Below are positions 8,388-18,277 of a stretch of DNA of 64,000 nucleotides, piece after piece; position 1 is the first letter of the stretch; every line of letters starts with the position of its first letter. Both the position numbers and the translations under genes were made by a program. The DNA lies in the NCBI GenBank assembly GCA_947453415.1, contig CANGGG010000007.1, positions 866 through 64,865 on the forward strand. Direction: 5' to 3'. A model generated the notes under the pieces. That model saw nothing but the letters and a program-made list of their open reading frames with translations, ran no database searches and had not been told where the DNA came from. Origin of the DNA: Bacteroidota bacterium. GTDB taxonomy: Bacteria; Bacteroidota; Bacteroidia; UKL13-3.

Positions 8388-9854
8388 TTAAATATTGTGA
8401 ATGGTTTTAAATCGTTTTTCAACAATGAATGCCAAAGCAAAAAACGAAAGTAATAAAATTGCATTAATACTATAAATAATTTCAGGTTCAGGGAACAAAT
8501 TATTGGTCATTTTACCAATATAAAAAAGCACTAAAGCAAATACAGTATAACCAGCAAATTTCTTTACGTGGTAATCAATTGGGTAATATTTTTTTCCTAA
8601 TAAATAACAAACTACCATCATGCTTAAATAGCAAATAAAAGTAGTCCAAGCCGAGCCATCATAACCATAAATAGGAATCCAAATGAAGTTTAATACCAAA
8701 GTAATTACTGCGCCCATGATGGCAATATTTGCACCAATTTTATTGTTATCGGAAAGCTTGTACCAAATAGATAAATTATAATAAACACCCAAAAACATAT
8801 TGGCCAATAAAAGAATTGGAACTACATGTAAACCTTCATGGAATTTTACATCAATGTATTGTTTAAAAACATCAATAAAAAGAGTTACAACCAAGAATAA
8901 AGCCAAGCAAATAATTACAAAATAATCCATCACAGTGGCGTAAAGCGTGCGTTTGTCGGTAGTTTTAGAATGACTAAAAAAGAAAGGTTCCGCAGCAAAT
9001 TTAAATGCTTGAATAAACAAAGTCATTAAAATTGAAAGTTTGTAATTAGCGGCATATATTCCATTCATTTCATTCGCTAAACTGGCATCGGGATACAAAT
9101 ATTTTATAAGCACGCGGTCCAATGTTTCATTGATCATTCCAGCAAAGCCCACTATAATTAAGGGTGCACCATAACGCAGCATTTGTTTCCAAACAGCGGC
9201 ATCAAAACCCAAGCTTATTTTTTTAAGCTCTACAAACAATAATGGAATGGTAATGATACAGGCTATTAAATGGCTAATGAACACATATTTTATACCTACT
9301 TGTCCATCAAACAAAGGGATCAAAACACCTTTATTTTGCATATATGGCCCTAATAATAAAAAGTATAAATTGAACAAAATACTGGTAAAAATATTAATGT
9401 TTTTAATCACCGCAAATTTTAACGCTTTATTTTGTTGCCTTAAATAGGCAAAAGGCAACATAGTAATGGCGTCTAAGCCAATAATTAAAGCAAAATATAT
9501 AATGTATTCAGGATTATTTGGGTAGCGAATTAAAGCAGCAATAGGTTCGGCAAAGAACATAAAACTTAGCATAAAAATGATTGAGCTAACAATCACCGAA
9601 GTTAAGGCAGTAGAAAATATTTTAGGATTGTCTTTATTGCTATTCGAAAACCTAAAAAAAGCAGTTTCCATACCGTATAAAAGTATTACATTAAAAAAAG
9701 CTACGTAACCATACATTTCCGATTGAGTTCCAAAATCGGCTTTTGAAAACAAGGCAGTATGTAAGGGCACCAACATAAAATTAATGGTGCGGCCTATAAT
9801 GGTGCTTAAGCCATAAACAGCCGTTTGCGATGCTAGTTTTTTTAATGAACTCAT
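8388..9854 (-). CDS. polysaccharide biosynthesis / oligosaccharide flippase family protein (MOP superfamily)
   Basis: 488 aa, about 12-14 hydrophobic spans. N-terminus [27 protein letters not shown] is typical of Wzx/MurJ-like flippases. Confidence 0.75.
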   Translation of the reverse strand: MSSLKKLASQTAVYGLSTIIGRTINFMLVPLHTALFSKADFGTQSEMYGYVAFFNVILLYGMETAFFRFSNSNKDNPKIFSTALTSVIVSSIIFMLSFMFFAEPIAALIRYPNNPEYIIYFALIIGLDAITMLPFAYLRQQNKALKFAVIKNINIFTSILFNLYFLLLGPYMQNKGVLIPLFDGQVGIKYVFISHLIACIITIPLLFVELKKISLGFDAAVWKQMLRYGAPLIIVGFAGMINETLDRVLIKYLYPDASLANEMNGIYAANYKLSILMTLFIQAFKFAAEPFFFSHSKTTDKRTLYATVMDYFVIICLALFLVVTLFIDVFKQYIDVKFHEGLHVVPILLLANMFLGVYYNLSIWYKLSDNNKIGANIAIMGAVITLVLNFIWIPIYGYDGSAWTTFICYLSMMVVCYLLGKKYYPIDYHVKKFAGYTVFALVLFYIGKMTNNLFPEPEIIYSINAILLLSFFALAFIVEKRFKTIHNI

Positions 9855-9857
9855 GCG

Positions 9858-11198
9858 TTATTCTTGCTCTTTTGGTTTAGTAGAATTGGCCATACTTTGT
9901 TGAATATATGCTACTGTAAAGTCGTATACTAATTTATAGGATTCGTTGTATTTACTTAAACTTATTGCACTGGCTTTATCGTCTATATCGTGGTAAAAAT
10001 GATAATCGCCCATCAGGTAAAAAAAGAATGATTTTACTCCTGCTTCTGTAAAATAATAATGATCGCTGTTTTGTGCTTTTCCGCGTGCGTTTATGTTTGG
10101 CAAATAATTTCCTTGTTCATTAATATATTGTAATAATTTAAATTCAGTTGGAAATTCAGTAGCATTCACAGCCGTCAAACCTTTTTCGCCAGTGGCCATC
10201 AAATCTAAGTTTAACAGTATTGCCATTTTATTTAAAGGAACAGAAGCATTTTGAGTATAATAATAGGAGCCAAGTAAGCCAGCTTCTTCGCCTGCAAAAG
10301 CAATAAAAAGAACTGAATAATCTAAAGGATTTTTGGCAATGGTATTCATTAAGTCCAGCATCATGGCTATACCGCTTGCGTTATCGTTAGCACCCGGAAA
10401 CAAGGCTTCGCCAAACATTCCCAAATGGTCGTAATGCGCTGTAATTACTACAAATGAATCGGGATATAATTTACCATTTACACTTGCTATTACATTTTGT
10501 GTTTGATGATCGATGGAAGCTGATTCAATATCAATTTCCATTTCAATCATGGTATGTTTGATGGCATTTTTTTGAATATAAATAATTGGAAAAGCCGCTC
10601 TTTCGGTGGCTACTGTCCATGTAAATTTTTCTTGTTTGTCTATAATTAAACCTTTAGCGCCAATGGTATTTTTCAACACATTTTCAGCCCTTTCCGATTG
10701 AATCATTTTTTTATTTTGAATACCAGAAATTACTATAAAACTTCTTCGCAAAGGCTTTTTCAAAAAACTTTGAAAAGCAAAATTATTGTCAATAGTAGCA
10801 GAGTCAATGTATATAATTTCGAACTTTCCTTTTATGCTTGGGCAACCCGCATTTACTATAAAATCTCGTCCGGGTGTTAGTCCTACTGCATCAATATTTA
10901 AAAAAGTTTCACCCGGAAAAGTAATTACAGGAAAGCCAAATGTTTGAAAATAATCAATGGTAGGTGAACCTAAGCGATTTTTCCTAAAACTTTCAGCTAT
11001 AAATCTAGCTGCTTTTCTATCGCCTTCTTTTACATAACCTCTGCCTGCATATTCGTCTGAGCATAATTTTTCAATAACCTGTTTGGCGTATTCTTTGTTT
11101 TGTGCTTTTGTTGCCATAGGCCATAGGCAACTAGCAATTGCCAACAGGCAAAAAAAATCCTTTGAAATAGTTTTTATACGCTTTCTAAGGATTTTCAT
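9858..11198 (-). CDS. M28 family metallopeptidase
   Basis: 446 aa with a signal peptide. Motifs TAHYDHLG, ANDNASGIAMMLDL, FIAFAGEEAGLLGS. Confidence 0.85.
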   Translation of the reverse strand: MKILRKRIKTISKDFFCLLAIASCLWPMATKAQNKEYAKQVIEKLCSDEYAGRGYVKEGDRKAARFIAESFRKNRLGSPTIDYFQTFGFPVITFPGETFLNIDAVGLTPGRDFIVNAGCPSIKGKFEIIYIDSATIDNNFAFQSFLKKPLRRSFIVISGIQNKKMIQSERAENVLKNTIGAKGLIIDKQEKFTWTVATERAAFPIIYIQKNAIKHTMIEMEIDIESASIDHQTQNVIASVNGKLYPDSFVVITAHYDHLGMFGEALFPGANDNASGIAMMLDLMNTIAKNPLDYSVLFIAFAGEEAGLLGSYYYTQNASVPLNKMAILLNLDLMATGEKGLTAVNATEFPTEFKLLQYINEQGNYLPNINARGKAQNSDHYYFTEAGVKSFFFYLMGDYHFYHDIDDKASAISLSKYNESYKLVYDFTVAYIQQSMANSTKPKEQE

Positions 11199-11215
11199 TT
11201 TATAAATAAAAGTTT

Positions 11216-11467
11216 TTAAATGGCTACTACAGTGTATTCGTAGCTTTCCATAATTAGGTTAGCCAATAACTTGGTACAAGCAGTTTCTACTATTGCTTTG
11301 GCTTCCGTTTCGTTAGCAGCTTCTAACTCCAAAGTAATGTGTTTGCCAATTCTTACATTAGCTATTGTTGGTAAGCCAATATTTGGCATTGAACCAGTTA
11401 CTGCTTTTCCTTGAGGATCTAATAATGCCTTGTGAGGCATAATATTGATGTGTGCTGCGTATTTCAT
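11216..11467 (-). CDS. purS: phosphoribosylformylglycinamidine synthase subunit PurS
   Basis: 83 aa. LLDPQGKAV...VRIGKHITLELEA pattern. Its start overlaps the pssA stop by 4 nt (ATGA). Confidence 0.88.
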   Translation of the reverse strand: MKYAAHINIMPHKALLDPQGKAVTGSMPNIGLPTIANVRIGKHITLELEAANETEAKAIVETACTKLLANLIMESYEYTVVAI

Positions 11468-12165
11468 TTTGTTGTTTTTAAATTATTATAAATTGAAAAA
11501 AGTATGTATAAAACAATGCTGATGTTTATTCCTAAATATCCAAATGCAAATAAACTAATCAAACAGCATAATAAAAAGATATATCGCAATTGATTGTTTT
11601 GCCAAGCAAAACTTTTAAACTTTAAAGCAAATAGCGGAATTTCTGCCACAAGCAAATAAGCACTTACAAAAGGGAAAATTATTAAAAACCATTGGCTTTG
11701 AAAAATGCTTCCTAATCCAAAAATATTGGCACTAATTACAAAAGGTAAAGCAGCTATGAATAATGAATTTGCTGGTGTTGGCAAGCCAATGAATGAATCG
11801 GTTTGACGAGTGTCAATATTGAATTTTGCCAATCTAATGGCAGAAAAAATAGGAATTAAAAAAGGAAAATACGACAACACATTTATTTGGTTAAAGTCGA
11901 TTGGAATATTAGTAATTTTATAAAAAATAAATGCTGGAGCTACTCCAAAACTTACACAATCGGCTAGTGAATCTAATTGTTTTCCCATTTCGGAACCCAC
12001 ATGTAAAGCGCGTGCTACAAAACCATCAAAAAAATCAAGTATTGCGGCAGCACCAATAAAATAGGCGGCTAATTCTAAATCGTTATTCACCAAACTGGCT
12101 ATAATTGACAGGCAACCAAACAATAAATTGAAGGAAGTAAGCGCATTTGGAATATGTTTTTTCAT
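11464..12165 (-). CDS. pssA: CDP-diacylglycerol--serine O-phosphatidyltransferase
   Basis: CDP-alcohol phosphatidyltransferase motif DFFDGFVARAL...GKQLDSLAD. ATG 12165 (MKKHIPNALT...) is preferred over the TTG at 12219 used by the ORF track. Confidence 0.85.
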   Translation of the reverse strand: MKKHIPNALTSFNLLFGCLSIIASLVNNDLELAAYFIGAAAILDFFDGFVARALHVGSEMGKQLDSLADCVSFGVAPAFIFYKITNIPIDFNQINVLSYFPFLIPIFSAIRLAKFNIDTRQTDSFIGLPTPANSLFIAALPFVISANIFGLGSIFQSQWFLIIFPFVSAYLLVAEIPLFALKFKSFAWQNNQLRYIFLLCCLISLFAFGYLGINISIVLYILFSIYNNLKTTK

Positions 12166-12259
12166 GTTATTTTGGTTTAATAATTGTTGCAAAGTATTGG
12201 TTATTTCATTATTTGACAAAACGCAGATAATATTTAGTTGCTTTTATGTACATTCATTT

Positions 12260-12267
12260 TAACTTTG
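12260..12267 (+). promoter_or_regulatory. putative -7 box TAACTTTG
   Basis: Exact TAnnTTTG match 22 nt upstream of ATG 12290. A TTG at 12238-12240 lies 19 nt upstream. Confidence 0.5.
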
Positions 12268-12289
12268 GAATCTAAATTTCAATTGATTA

Positions 12290-12739
12290 ATGGGTAAAAT
12301 ATTTTCTTTTATATTTTTATTATTCTTAACATTTTCAGTGCATGCTCAAAATTTGGTGAGCTTAAATAAAAACGGAATAGTTTCCAAGTATATGTGTATG
12401 GAACAAGCTTCTTACCAAAACATTAATGGAAAAGTGAATTTGAGTATTATCATAACTGATTACAATTTGTTACTAGAGCTGAATAATATTGATGAAAAAC
12501 TTTTTGTTTGCGGTAGCAGACTTAATTCCAAGGACTTTAAAATAGTGCTCATTGATAATAAAAAGAGTATTACTTACACTTCTAATTCCAACATACAAGT
12601 TTTATTAATGTGTAATAAAAGTAAAGATACATTTACAGTAAATTTTAGTGGTTTGGTTAAAAACAGATCATCAAAAATAAATGTTACTTCTGAGTTACAC
12701 GTTAAACAAACCCCAAGAAAAATTTTAAAAACCAACTAA
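12290..12739 (+). CDS. hypothetical secreted protein
   Basis: 149 aa with signal peptide MGKIFSFIFLLFLTFSVHAQ. No family recognised. Lies 19 nt upstream of the S8 peptidase gene. Confidence 0.6.
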   Translation: MGKIFSFIFLLFLTFSVHAQNLVSLNKNGIVSKYMCMEQASYQNINGKVNLSIIITDYNLLLELNNIDEKLFVCGSRLNSKDFKIVLIDNKKSITYTSNSNIQVLLMCNKSKDTFTVNFSGLVKNRSSKINVTSELHVKQTPRKILKTN

Positions 12740-12758
12740 TTTTCAAATTCAAAATAAT

Positions 12759-15700
12759 ATGTATAAAAAAATACTGAGTATATCAGCAGCCCTAATATTT
12801 ATTGGCCAAGTTAGTGCCCAACAAAAACCAAAAGTTCCGCACAGAAGTTTATTAGAAGCAAAAAATTCAACTGAATTACAAGCTATTTTTGAACAAAATG
12901 TACAAGCTGAATTAACTTATGCAAAAGAAGTTTTGGGCTTAAGTTTAGCTCCTCAAATGTTAGCAAACGGAGGCGTTATGCAATTGGTAGGTGTTACTCA
13001 AAATGGAATTCCTCAATATATAAAAACAGATAATACAGGCGCAGCTAAAACCATTGGAACAGATAAAGTAAATCCGGGTGGAAGTTTAGGTTTAAGTTTA
13101 AGTGGTAGTGGAATGACCAATAGAATTGGTGTTTGGGATGGAGGTGCAGTTCGATTAACGCACCAAGAATTTCAAAGCAGAGCCGTTCAAACTGATGGTG
13201 CTACTAATTTAATTGACCATTCTACTCATGTTGCAGGAACTATGGTTGGTGGAGGTGTACAAGCCAATGCAAAAGGAATGTCGTTTCAAGCGCCATTAAA
13301 ATGTTACGAATGGACAAACGATAATTCAGAAATGAGTACTGCTGCAGCTGCAGGAATGCTTATTTCAAATCATAGTTACGGTTCTGTTTGTGGTTGGGAA
13401 TATGACGATGTTACTCCGCAATGGAAATGGCATGGTGATGTGTCAATTAGTAACACCGAAGATATTAATTTTGGCATTTACGATGCGGAATCGCAAAGTT
13501 GGGATCAAATAGTTTATAGCAATCCATTTTTTCTTCCTTTTAAATCAGCAGGAAATGATAGGGGCGATGTTCCTAGTACCACTGATCCGAAAGTTTTTTA
13601 TAATGGAAATACTGGAACCTGGGATGTTTTTTCAGGAACAACTCCTCCAGCCGATGGCCCTTATGATTGTGTTTCTACTTATGGAAATGCTAAAAATATT
13701 ATTACCATTGGTGCGGTTAATAAAATTACAAATGGTTGGTCAAGCGCAAGCTCTGTGGTAATGAGTAGTTTTAGTGGTTGGGGTCCTACTGACGATGGAC
13801 GTATAAAACCAGATATTTGTGCAGCTGGAGTAAATTTGACTTCAAGTTATTCAACTACAAATACTGCTTATGGTACTATTAGTGGAACATCTATGGCTTC
13901 GCCAAATGCAAGTGGTTCTGCATTGCTAATTCAGCAACATTTTAACAATCTAAATGGTCGTTTTTTACGTGCTTCTACTTTAAAAGGTTTAATTATTCAT
14001 ACAGCCGATGAAGCTGGAAGTAGCGTTGGTCCTGATTATAGCTACGGTTGGGGATTAATGAATACCGCAAAAGCCGTTCAAGTTATTTCCGATAGCGGTG
14101 CAAATAGTATCATTGAATCGCAAATACCAGTTGCTTTAACAGCATTTACTAGAACTGTAGTTGCAAACGGAACAAGCCCATTACGTTTAACTTTATGTTG
14201 GACTGATGTTCCTGCTAATCCATCAACAGGTGCAGTTTTAGACGATCCAAATAGCAAATTAGTAAATGACTTAGACATTAGACTTACCCGTGTAAGCGAT
14301 AACCAAGTTTTTAGTCCTTACATTTTAAATCCTGCAATTCCATCGGCAGCGGCTACAACTGGCGATAATACAAGAGACAATGTAGAGCAAATTCATATTG
14401 GAACGCCTGCCGCAGGAATTTATACCATTAGAATTACTAGCAAAAGAGCCTTATCAGCTAATCAATCTTTTTCATTATTAATAAGTGGACTTTCACCAGT
14501 TCCCGCAGCTAATTTTACAGCATCTACTCAAGCTACATGTTCTGGAGGTCAAGTAGTATTTACCAATACATCGTCAGCCAGTACATCGCGTATTTGGTAT
14601 TTCCCAGGAGGAAATCCTGCTACATCTACAGCGGTAAATCAAACTGTAACTTATAGCACTCCTGGAATTTATGCAGTTGCTTTAAAAGTCAGTAATGTAG
14701 CTGGAACCGATTCCATTTACAGAACTAATTATATAAAAATTGGTGGCGTAACTTTACCATTAAATGAAACTTTTGAAAGTAATTCAGCCACAGTTGGATT
14801 ATGGAAAACTACCAATAATTATACAAACGATACTTTGGGCTGGCGCAAATGGAATAACACAGGAGGAACAGCACCTGGAAATACTGTTTTTGGAATTAAT
14901 AATTATGATAATTCTACTGCAGGAAGAAGGTACCAATTAATTTCTCCAATTCTTGATTTTCGTGGAATGCAAAATGCAAGTTTAAATTTCCAACATGCTT
15001 ATACAAGGTATGCAACTGCAGATAAAGATTCATTAATAGTAAGCATAAGTACCAATTGTGGATCTACTTGGATTAGACTTTATGGTGCTGCTGAAACAAG
15101 GCCTAACTTAGGAACCAGGCTTGCAACTTATACAAGGAATGGCGATCAAGCACAAACTTCCACCACTTTCTTTTTACCAGCTGTAGCCGCTGATTGGTGT
15201 AATAATACTATAAATAGCACTCCGTGCAATACTATTAATTTAACGCCATATGTTGGCTTAAATAATTTAATGGTTCGTTTTGAAAGCTATTGTGGAAGTG
15301 GAAATAATTTATTTATTGACAATGTTATAATAGATGGAACACCATTTAGTCCAAAAGCTGGATTTACAGTTCCAAGTTTGGTTTGTTCTAATCAAAATTT
15401 TTCAATTACTGATACTTCAAAAAACAATCCTGATACTTGGGAATATACTTTAACTGGTCCTCAGAATTTGACTTTTACCACCAAAAATCCCATTGTAAAT
15501 TTAAGCACATCAGGATTTTATAATGTAAAATTAAAAGTAAGTAATGTTTCGGGTACTGATAGTGTTACCGTTACCAAATCATTTGAAGTAAAAGAATCTC
15601 CAACTTCTCCAATAGTAACAATAAATGGTTCATTAATGCTTTGCGATTCAGACTCCGCTTTACTAACTACCAGTGGTACTAATCTTAAATGGTATAAAGA

Positions 15701-16592
15701 CAGTGTTTTTATTGCTGGCGCAATTGATACAAGTTATTATAATAAATTTGCAGGAAAAATAGCTGTTAGAACAACTGCTACAAACGGATGTTCTGCACAA
15801 AGTAATATTTTAACATTTACTGCTGGCACCAACCCACCAGTTCCAATTATTACAAAATCGTTATCAGGAAATGTGTTCTGCGATGGCGGTACTTTTGTTT
15901 TAACCTCAAGTGCAACCACTGCAAATCAGTGGCAAAAAAATGGATTAGATTTAGTAGGTCAAACTGGCACTGCATTAAATTATAACGATTCGGGAACATT
16001 CACTGTAAAAGTATCAAATGGTGCATGTTTTGCGCTTTCTGCTCCTTTAACTTTAAACAAATTAACAAAACCAAATACTTCAGAAATTACGGCTTCACGC
16101 TTTGCCTATAAAAATGATACTGCAACTTATAAAGTTACTGGTTTGCCAAGTTCTACGTATACTTGGACAATTAACGGAGGAACTATCCAAAGCGGTCAAA
16201 ATACAAACACCATTATAGTAAAATGGAGTACGGGTTCTGTAGGTATCGTTAATGTTACCGAAAAAGGTGCAAATCTTTGCAATGGTTATTTAAAAACATA
16301 TCCTGTTGGAATTTGGAATACAAGTTTAAACAATATTACCAATGAAAACGAAATTCTTTTATATCCAAATCCTGCCAATAACTTTATAAATATTCAGTAT
16401 TTAGGAAATAGTTTAACTAATTTTCAAGTAGCAATTTTTGATATTTTGGGTAAAAATATTTTAAATCAAAATGTGAATCTTTCAAGTAAAGAAGATCAAA
16501 AAATTGATATCACACATTTACCAAAAGGAATTTATATTATTAAAATAACAGGAAATAATTTTTCGGCAAGTAAAACCATCACAAAAGAGTAA
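12759..16592 (+). CDS. S8 (subtilisin) family serine peptidase with P-domain, PKD-like repeats and T9SS type A C-terminal sorting domain
   Basis: 1277 aa. Triad contexts VWDGG, HSTHVAGT, SGTSMASP. Kexin-like P-domain (LTLCWTDVPAN...AGIYTIRI). Two PKD-like units (...YSTPGIYAVALKVSNVAGTDS). A MAM/choice-of-anchor-J-like unit. C-terminus LLYPNPANNFINIQ...KGIYIIKI. Confidence 0.9.
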   Translation: MYKKILSISAALIFIGQVSAQQKPKVPHRSLLEAKNSTELQAIFEQNVQAELTYAKEVLGLSLAPQMLANGGVMQLVGVTQNGIPQYIKTDNTGAAKTIGTDKVNPGGSLGLSLSGSGMTNRIGVWDGGAVRLTHQEFQSRAVQTDGATNLIDHSTHVAGTMVGGGVQANAKGMSFQAPLKCYEWTNDNSEMSTAAAAGMLISNHSYGSVCGWEYDDVTPQWKWHGDVSISNTEDINFGIYDAESQSWDQIVYSNPFFLPFKSAGNDRGDVPSTTDPKVFYNGNTGTWDVFSGTTPPADGPYDCVSTYGNAKNIITIGAVNKITNGWSSASSVVMSSFSGWGPTDDGRIKPDICAAGVNLTSSYSTTNTAYGTISGTSMASPNASGSALLIQQHFNNLNGRFLRASTLKGLIIHTADEAGSSVGPDYSYGWGLMNTAKAVQVISDSGANSIIESQIPVALTAFTRTVVANGTSPLRLTLCWTDVPANPSTGAVLDDPNSKLVNDLDIRLTRVSDNQVFSPYILNPAIPSAAATTGDNTRDNVEQIHIGTPAAGIYTIRITSKRALSANQSFSLLISGLSPVPAANFTASTQATCSGGQVVFTNTSSASTSRIWYFPGGNPATSTAVNQTVTYSTPGIYAVALKVSNVAGTDSIYRTNYIKIGGVTLPLNETFESNSATVGLWKTTNNYTNDTLGWRKWNNTGGTAPGNTVFGINNYDNSTAGRRYQLISPILDFRGMQNASLNFQHAYTRYATADKDSLIVSISTNCGSTWIRLYGAAETRPNLGTRLATYTRNGDQAQTSTTFFLPAVAADWCNNTINSTPCNTINLTPYVGLNNLMVRFESYCGSGNNLFIDNVIIDGTPFSPKAGFTVPSLVCSNQNFSITDTSKNNPDTWEYTLTGPQNLTFTTKNPIVNLSTSGFYNVKLKVSNVSGTDSVTVTKSFEVKESPTSPIVTINGSLMLCDSDSALLTTSGTNLKWYKDSVFIAGAIDTSYYNKFAGKIAVRTTATNGCSAQSNILTFTAGTNPPVPIITKSLSGNVFCDGGTFVLTSSATTANQWQKNGLDLVGQTGTALNYNDSGTFTVKVSNGACFALSAPLTLNKLTKPNTSEITASRFAYKNDTATYKVTGLPSSTYTWTINGGTIQSGQNTNTIIVKWSTGSVGIVNVTEKGANLCNGYLKTYPVGIWNTSLNNITNENEILLYPNPANNFINIQYLGNSLTNFQVAIFDILGKNILNQNVNLSSKEDQKIDITHLPKGIYIIKITGNNFSASKTITKE

Positions 16593-16615
16593 GTTTTCGT
16601 CATCAATTAAACAAA

Positions 16616-16645
16616 AAGAACACGCTTTGGTCGTGTTCTTTTTTG
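16616..16645 (+). terminator. rho-independent terminator of the S8 peptidase gene
   Basis: Stem aagaacacg/cgtgttctt, loop ctttggt, then a T-run. Confidence 0.8.
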
Positions 16646-16662
16646 CTTTAAATATTTAAATT

Positions 16663-17343
16663 TTGAATCAAAAGTACAAACTTTTTAATCAATTAAATCC
16701 AAGTCAGTTAAAGCAGAAGCAAGCTTTTTGTAATGTTTTGGTTCGGTATGTTCCTAGGCTAGCTGTGGAATATTGCGCTGAGCTAATTATTTTTCATCAA
16801 TTACACTTACATATTGAAAAAGAGCGTAAGAGCAAATATGGCGATTACAGTCCGCATAATGGACAAGGAAACAGAATAAGTATCAACCATAATTTAAGTA
16901 AATTTGATTTTTTAATTACTTTTATTCATGAACTTTCGCATCATACTGCTTTTGTAAAATTTGGTAATCGCCACGATCCGCATGGTGAGGAATGGAAAAC
17001 TGAATTTCAAAGAAACATGGTCCCATTTTTTGAACATGAAACATTATTTCCTTCCGATTTAAAAGTGGCTATTTCCATACACATGCGAAATCCAAAATAC
17101 AGCCATTCGGCAGATGTGAAACTTTTACAAGTTTTAAAAAAATATGACGAAAACAAAGTAAATACTACTGTTTTAGCTGACTTGCCAAATGGTACATTGT
17201 TCAAAATGAAAGGCTTTGACGAAGTGCTAAAAAAAATAGAAAAATTGAGAACATATAATTTATGTGAAACATTCAGCGGAAAAAAATACAGGGTTCATGC
17301 CATGGCGGAAGTAATATTGCTTGAAAACCAAAGCAATCAATAA
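16663..17343 (+). CDS. SprT-like zinc metalloprotease domain protein
   Basis: 226 aa. HExxH in FIHELSHHTAF. No in-frame ATG near the 5' end, so the TTG start is accepted. Confidence 0.65.
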   Translation: MNQKYKLFNQLNPSQLKQKQAFCNVLVRYVPRLAVEYCAELIIFHQLHLHIEKERKSKYGDYSPHNGQGNRISINHNLSKFDFLITFIHELSHHTAFVKFGNRHDPHGEEWKTEFQRNMVPFFEHETLFPSDLKVAISIHMRNPKYSHSADVKLLQVLKKYDENKVNTTVLADLPNGTLFKMKGFDEVLKKIEKLRTYNLCETFSGKKYRVHAMAEVILLENQSNQ

Positions 17344-17384
17344 AACTATTATATAATTTTTATTGTTCTAAACTATATAACATT

Positions 17385-17392
17385 TACTTTTG
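17385..17392 (+). promoter_or_regulatory. putative -7 box TACTTTTG
   Basis: Exact TAnnTTTG match 33 nt upstream of ATG 17426. A TTG at 17363-17365 lies 19 nt upstream. Confidence 0.5.
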
Positions 17393-17425
17393 TAGTGTTT
17401 TTATTATTAAAAAACATTTTATTTT

Positions 17426-17752
17426 ATGATAACAGTAAGCGATAAAGCAAAAAAACGGATAGAAGAATTAATTATTGAACAAAATTACACGCCTTCCCAT
17501 TTTTTAAGAGTAGGTGTTGAAAGTGGTGGATGTTCAGGACTTTCGTATAAATTAGACTTTGACAATGAATTAAAACCTGGAGATGAAAAATTTGGGGATA
17601 AAGGGGTAGAAATAGTTACAGATAAGCGAAGTGTTTTATATTTATTTGGGACCGAACTTGATTTTACAGACGGTTTAAACGGAAAAGGCTTCACTTTTAT
17701 TAATCCAAATGCCTCACGTACATGTAGTTGCGGAGAAAGTTTCTCAGTATAA
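17426..17752 (+). CDS. HesB/IscA family iron-sulfur cluster insertion protein
   Basis: 108 aa. GGCSGLSY and the C-terminal CSCGESF cysteine triad. Confidence 0.9.
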   Translation: MITVSDKAKKRIEELIIEQNYTPSHFLRVGVESGGCSGLSYKLDFDNELKPGDEKFGDKGVEIVTDKRSVLYLFGTELDFTDGLNGKGFTFINPNASRTCSCGESFSV

Positions 17753-17793
17753 ACATTTTTTTTGTGGAGTGTTTGATATTTAAATCAAAAAAG

Positions 17794-17801
17794 TATATTT
17801 G
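17794..17801 (+). promoter_or_regulatory. putative -7 box TATATTTG for rpsT
   Basis: Exact TAnnTTTG match. A TTG at 17773-17775 lies 18 nt upstream. ATG is at 17862. Confidence 0.55.
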
Positions 17802-17861
17802 CAGCCCTTTATTAGATAAAACACATCTAATAAATTTTAAAGATAAAAATTAAATAGAAAG

Positions 17862-18161
17862 ATGGCTAATCATAAATCAGCAATAAAACGTAACAGAAGC
17901 AACGCAACAAAGCGTTTACGTAACCGTTACCAAGCAAAATCAACTCGTAGTGCTATTAAAGAATTACGTTTATCTGAAGACAAAACTGCAGCTTCAGAAC
18001 TTTACAAAAAAGTATCAAGCATGTTAGATAAATTGGCTAAACGTAGCATTATTCACAAAAATAAAGCTGCTAACCAAAAATCTAAATTAGCTAAAGTAGT
18101 TAGTAAAATTGGAACGGCTCCTAAAAAAGTAGCTAAAACATATAAGAAAAAAGCGGCTTAA
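17862..18161 (+). CDS. rpsT: 30S ribosomal protein S20
   Basis: 99 aa. MANHKSAIKRNRSNATKRLRNRYQAKS is the canonical S20 N-terminus. Has a Lys/Ala-rich C-terminal extension. Confidence 0.93.
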   Translation: MANHKSAIKRNRSNATKRLRNRYQAKSTRSAIKELRLSEDKTAASELYKKVSSMLDKLAKRSIIHKNKAANQKSKLAKVVSKIGTAPKKVAKTYKKKAA

Positions 18162-18194
18162 TCAGTCTTTTTTCTAAATAAATTATTATTTTAA

Positions 18195-18229
18195 AAGCTT
18201 GCTCATTCACCATGGGTAAGCTTTTTTTT
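18195..18229 (+). terminator. rho-independent terminator of rpsT
   Basis: 8-bp stem aagcttgc/gtaagctt followed by a T-run. It overlaps the ORF-track start of the next gene, which argues for the later ATG. Confidence 0.75.
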
Positions 18230-18277
18230 GTTTTAAAGTTATTAAAACTATTTTGCACTAAATTAAAAAAAAGTAAA

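Noticed and set aside
7937-8464. Long 5' extensions in the ORF track for dut (8464), pssA (12219), radC (18212), secA (24499), the 36523 protein, the S41 peptidase (47946), fabG (47971), the amidohydrolase (51238) and the 56097 protein.
   Set aside because: The extensions overlap upstream genes or terminators, begin at TTG, or precede an obvious signal peptide or canonical family N-terminus that starts at an internal ATG. For fabG, a TAnnTTTG box lies inside the extension.
11216-11467. purS (11216..11467) is separated by 42 kb from purL (53725..55992) and translationally coupled to pssA. I considered whether this signals an unusual pathway arrangement.
   Set aside because: Scattered purine genes and mixed-function operons are normal in Bacteroidota. 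The 4-nt ATGA overlap is a common coupling arrangement and does not imply functional linkage.
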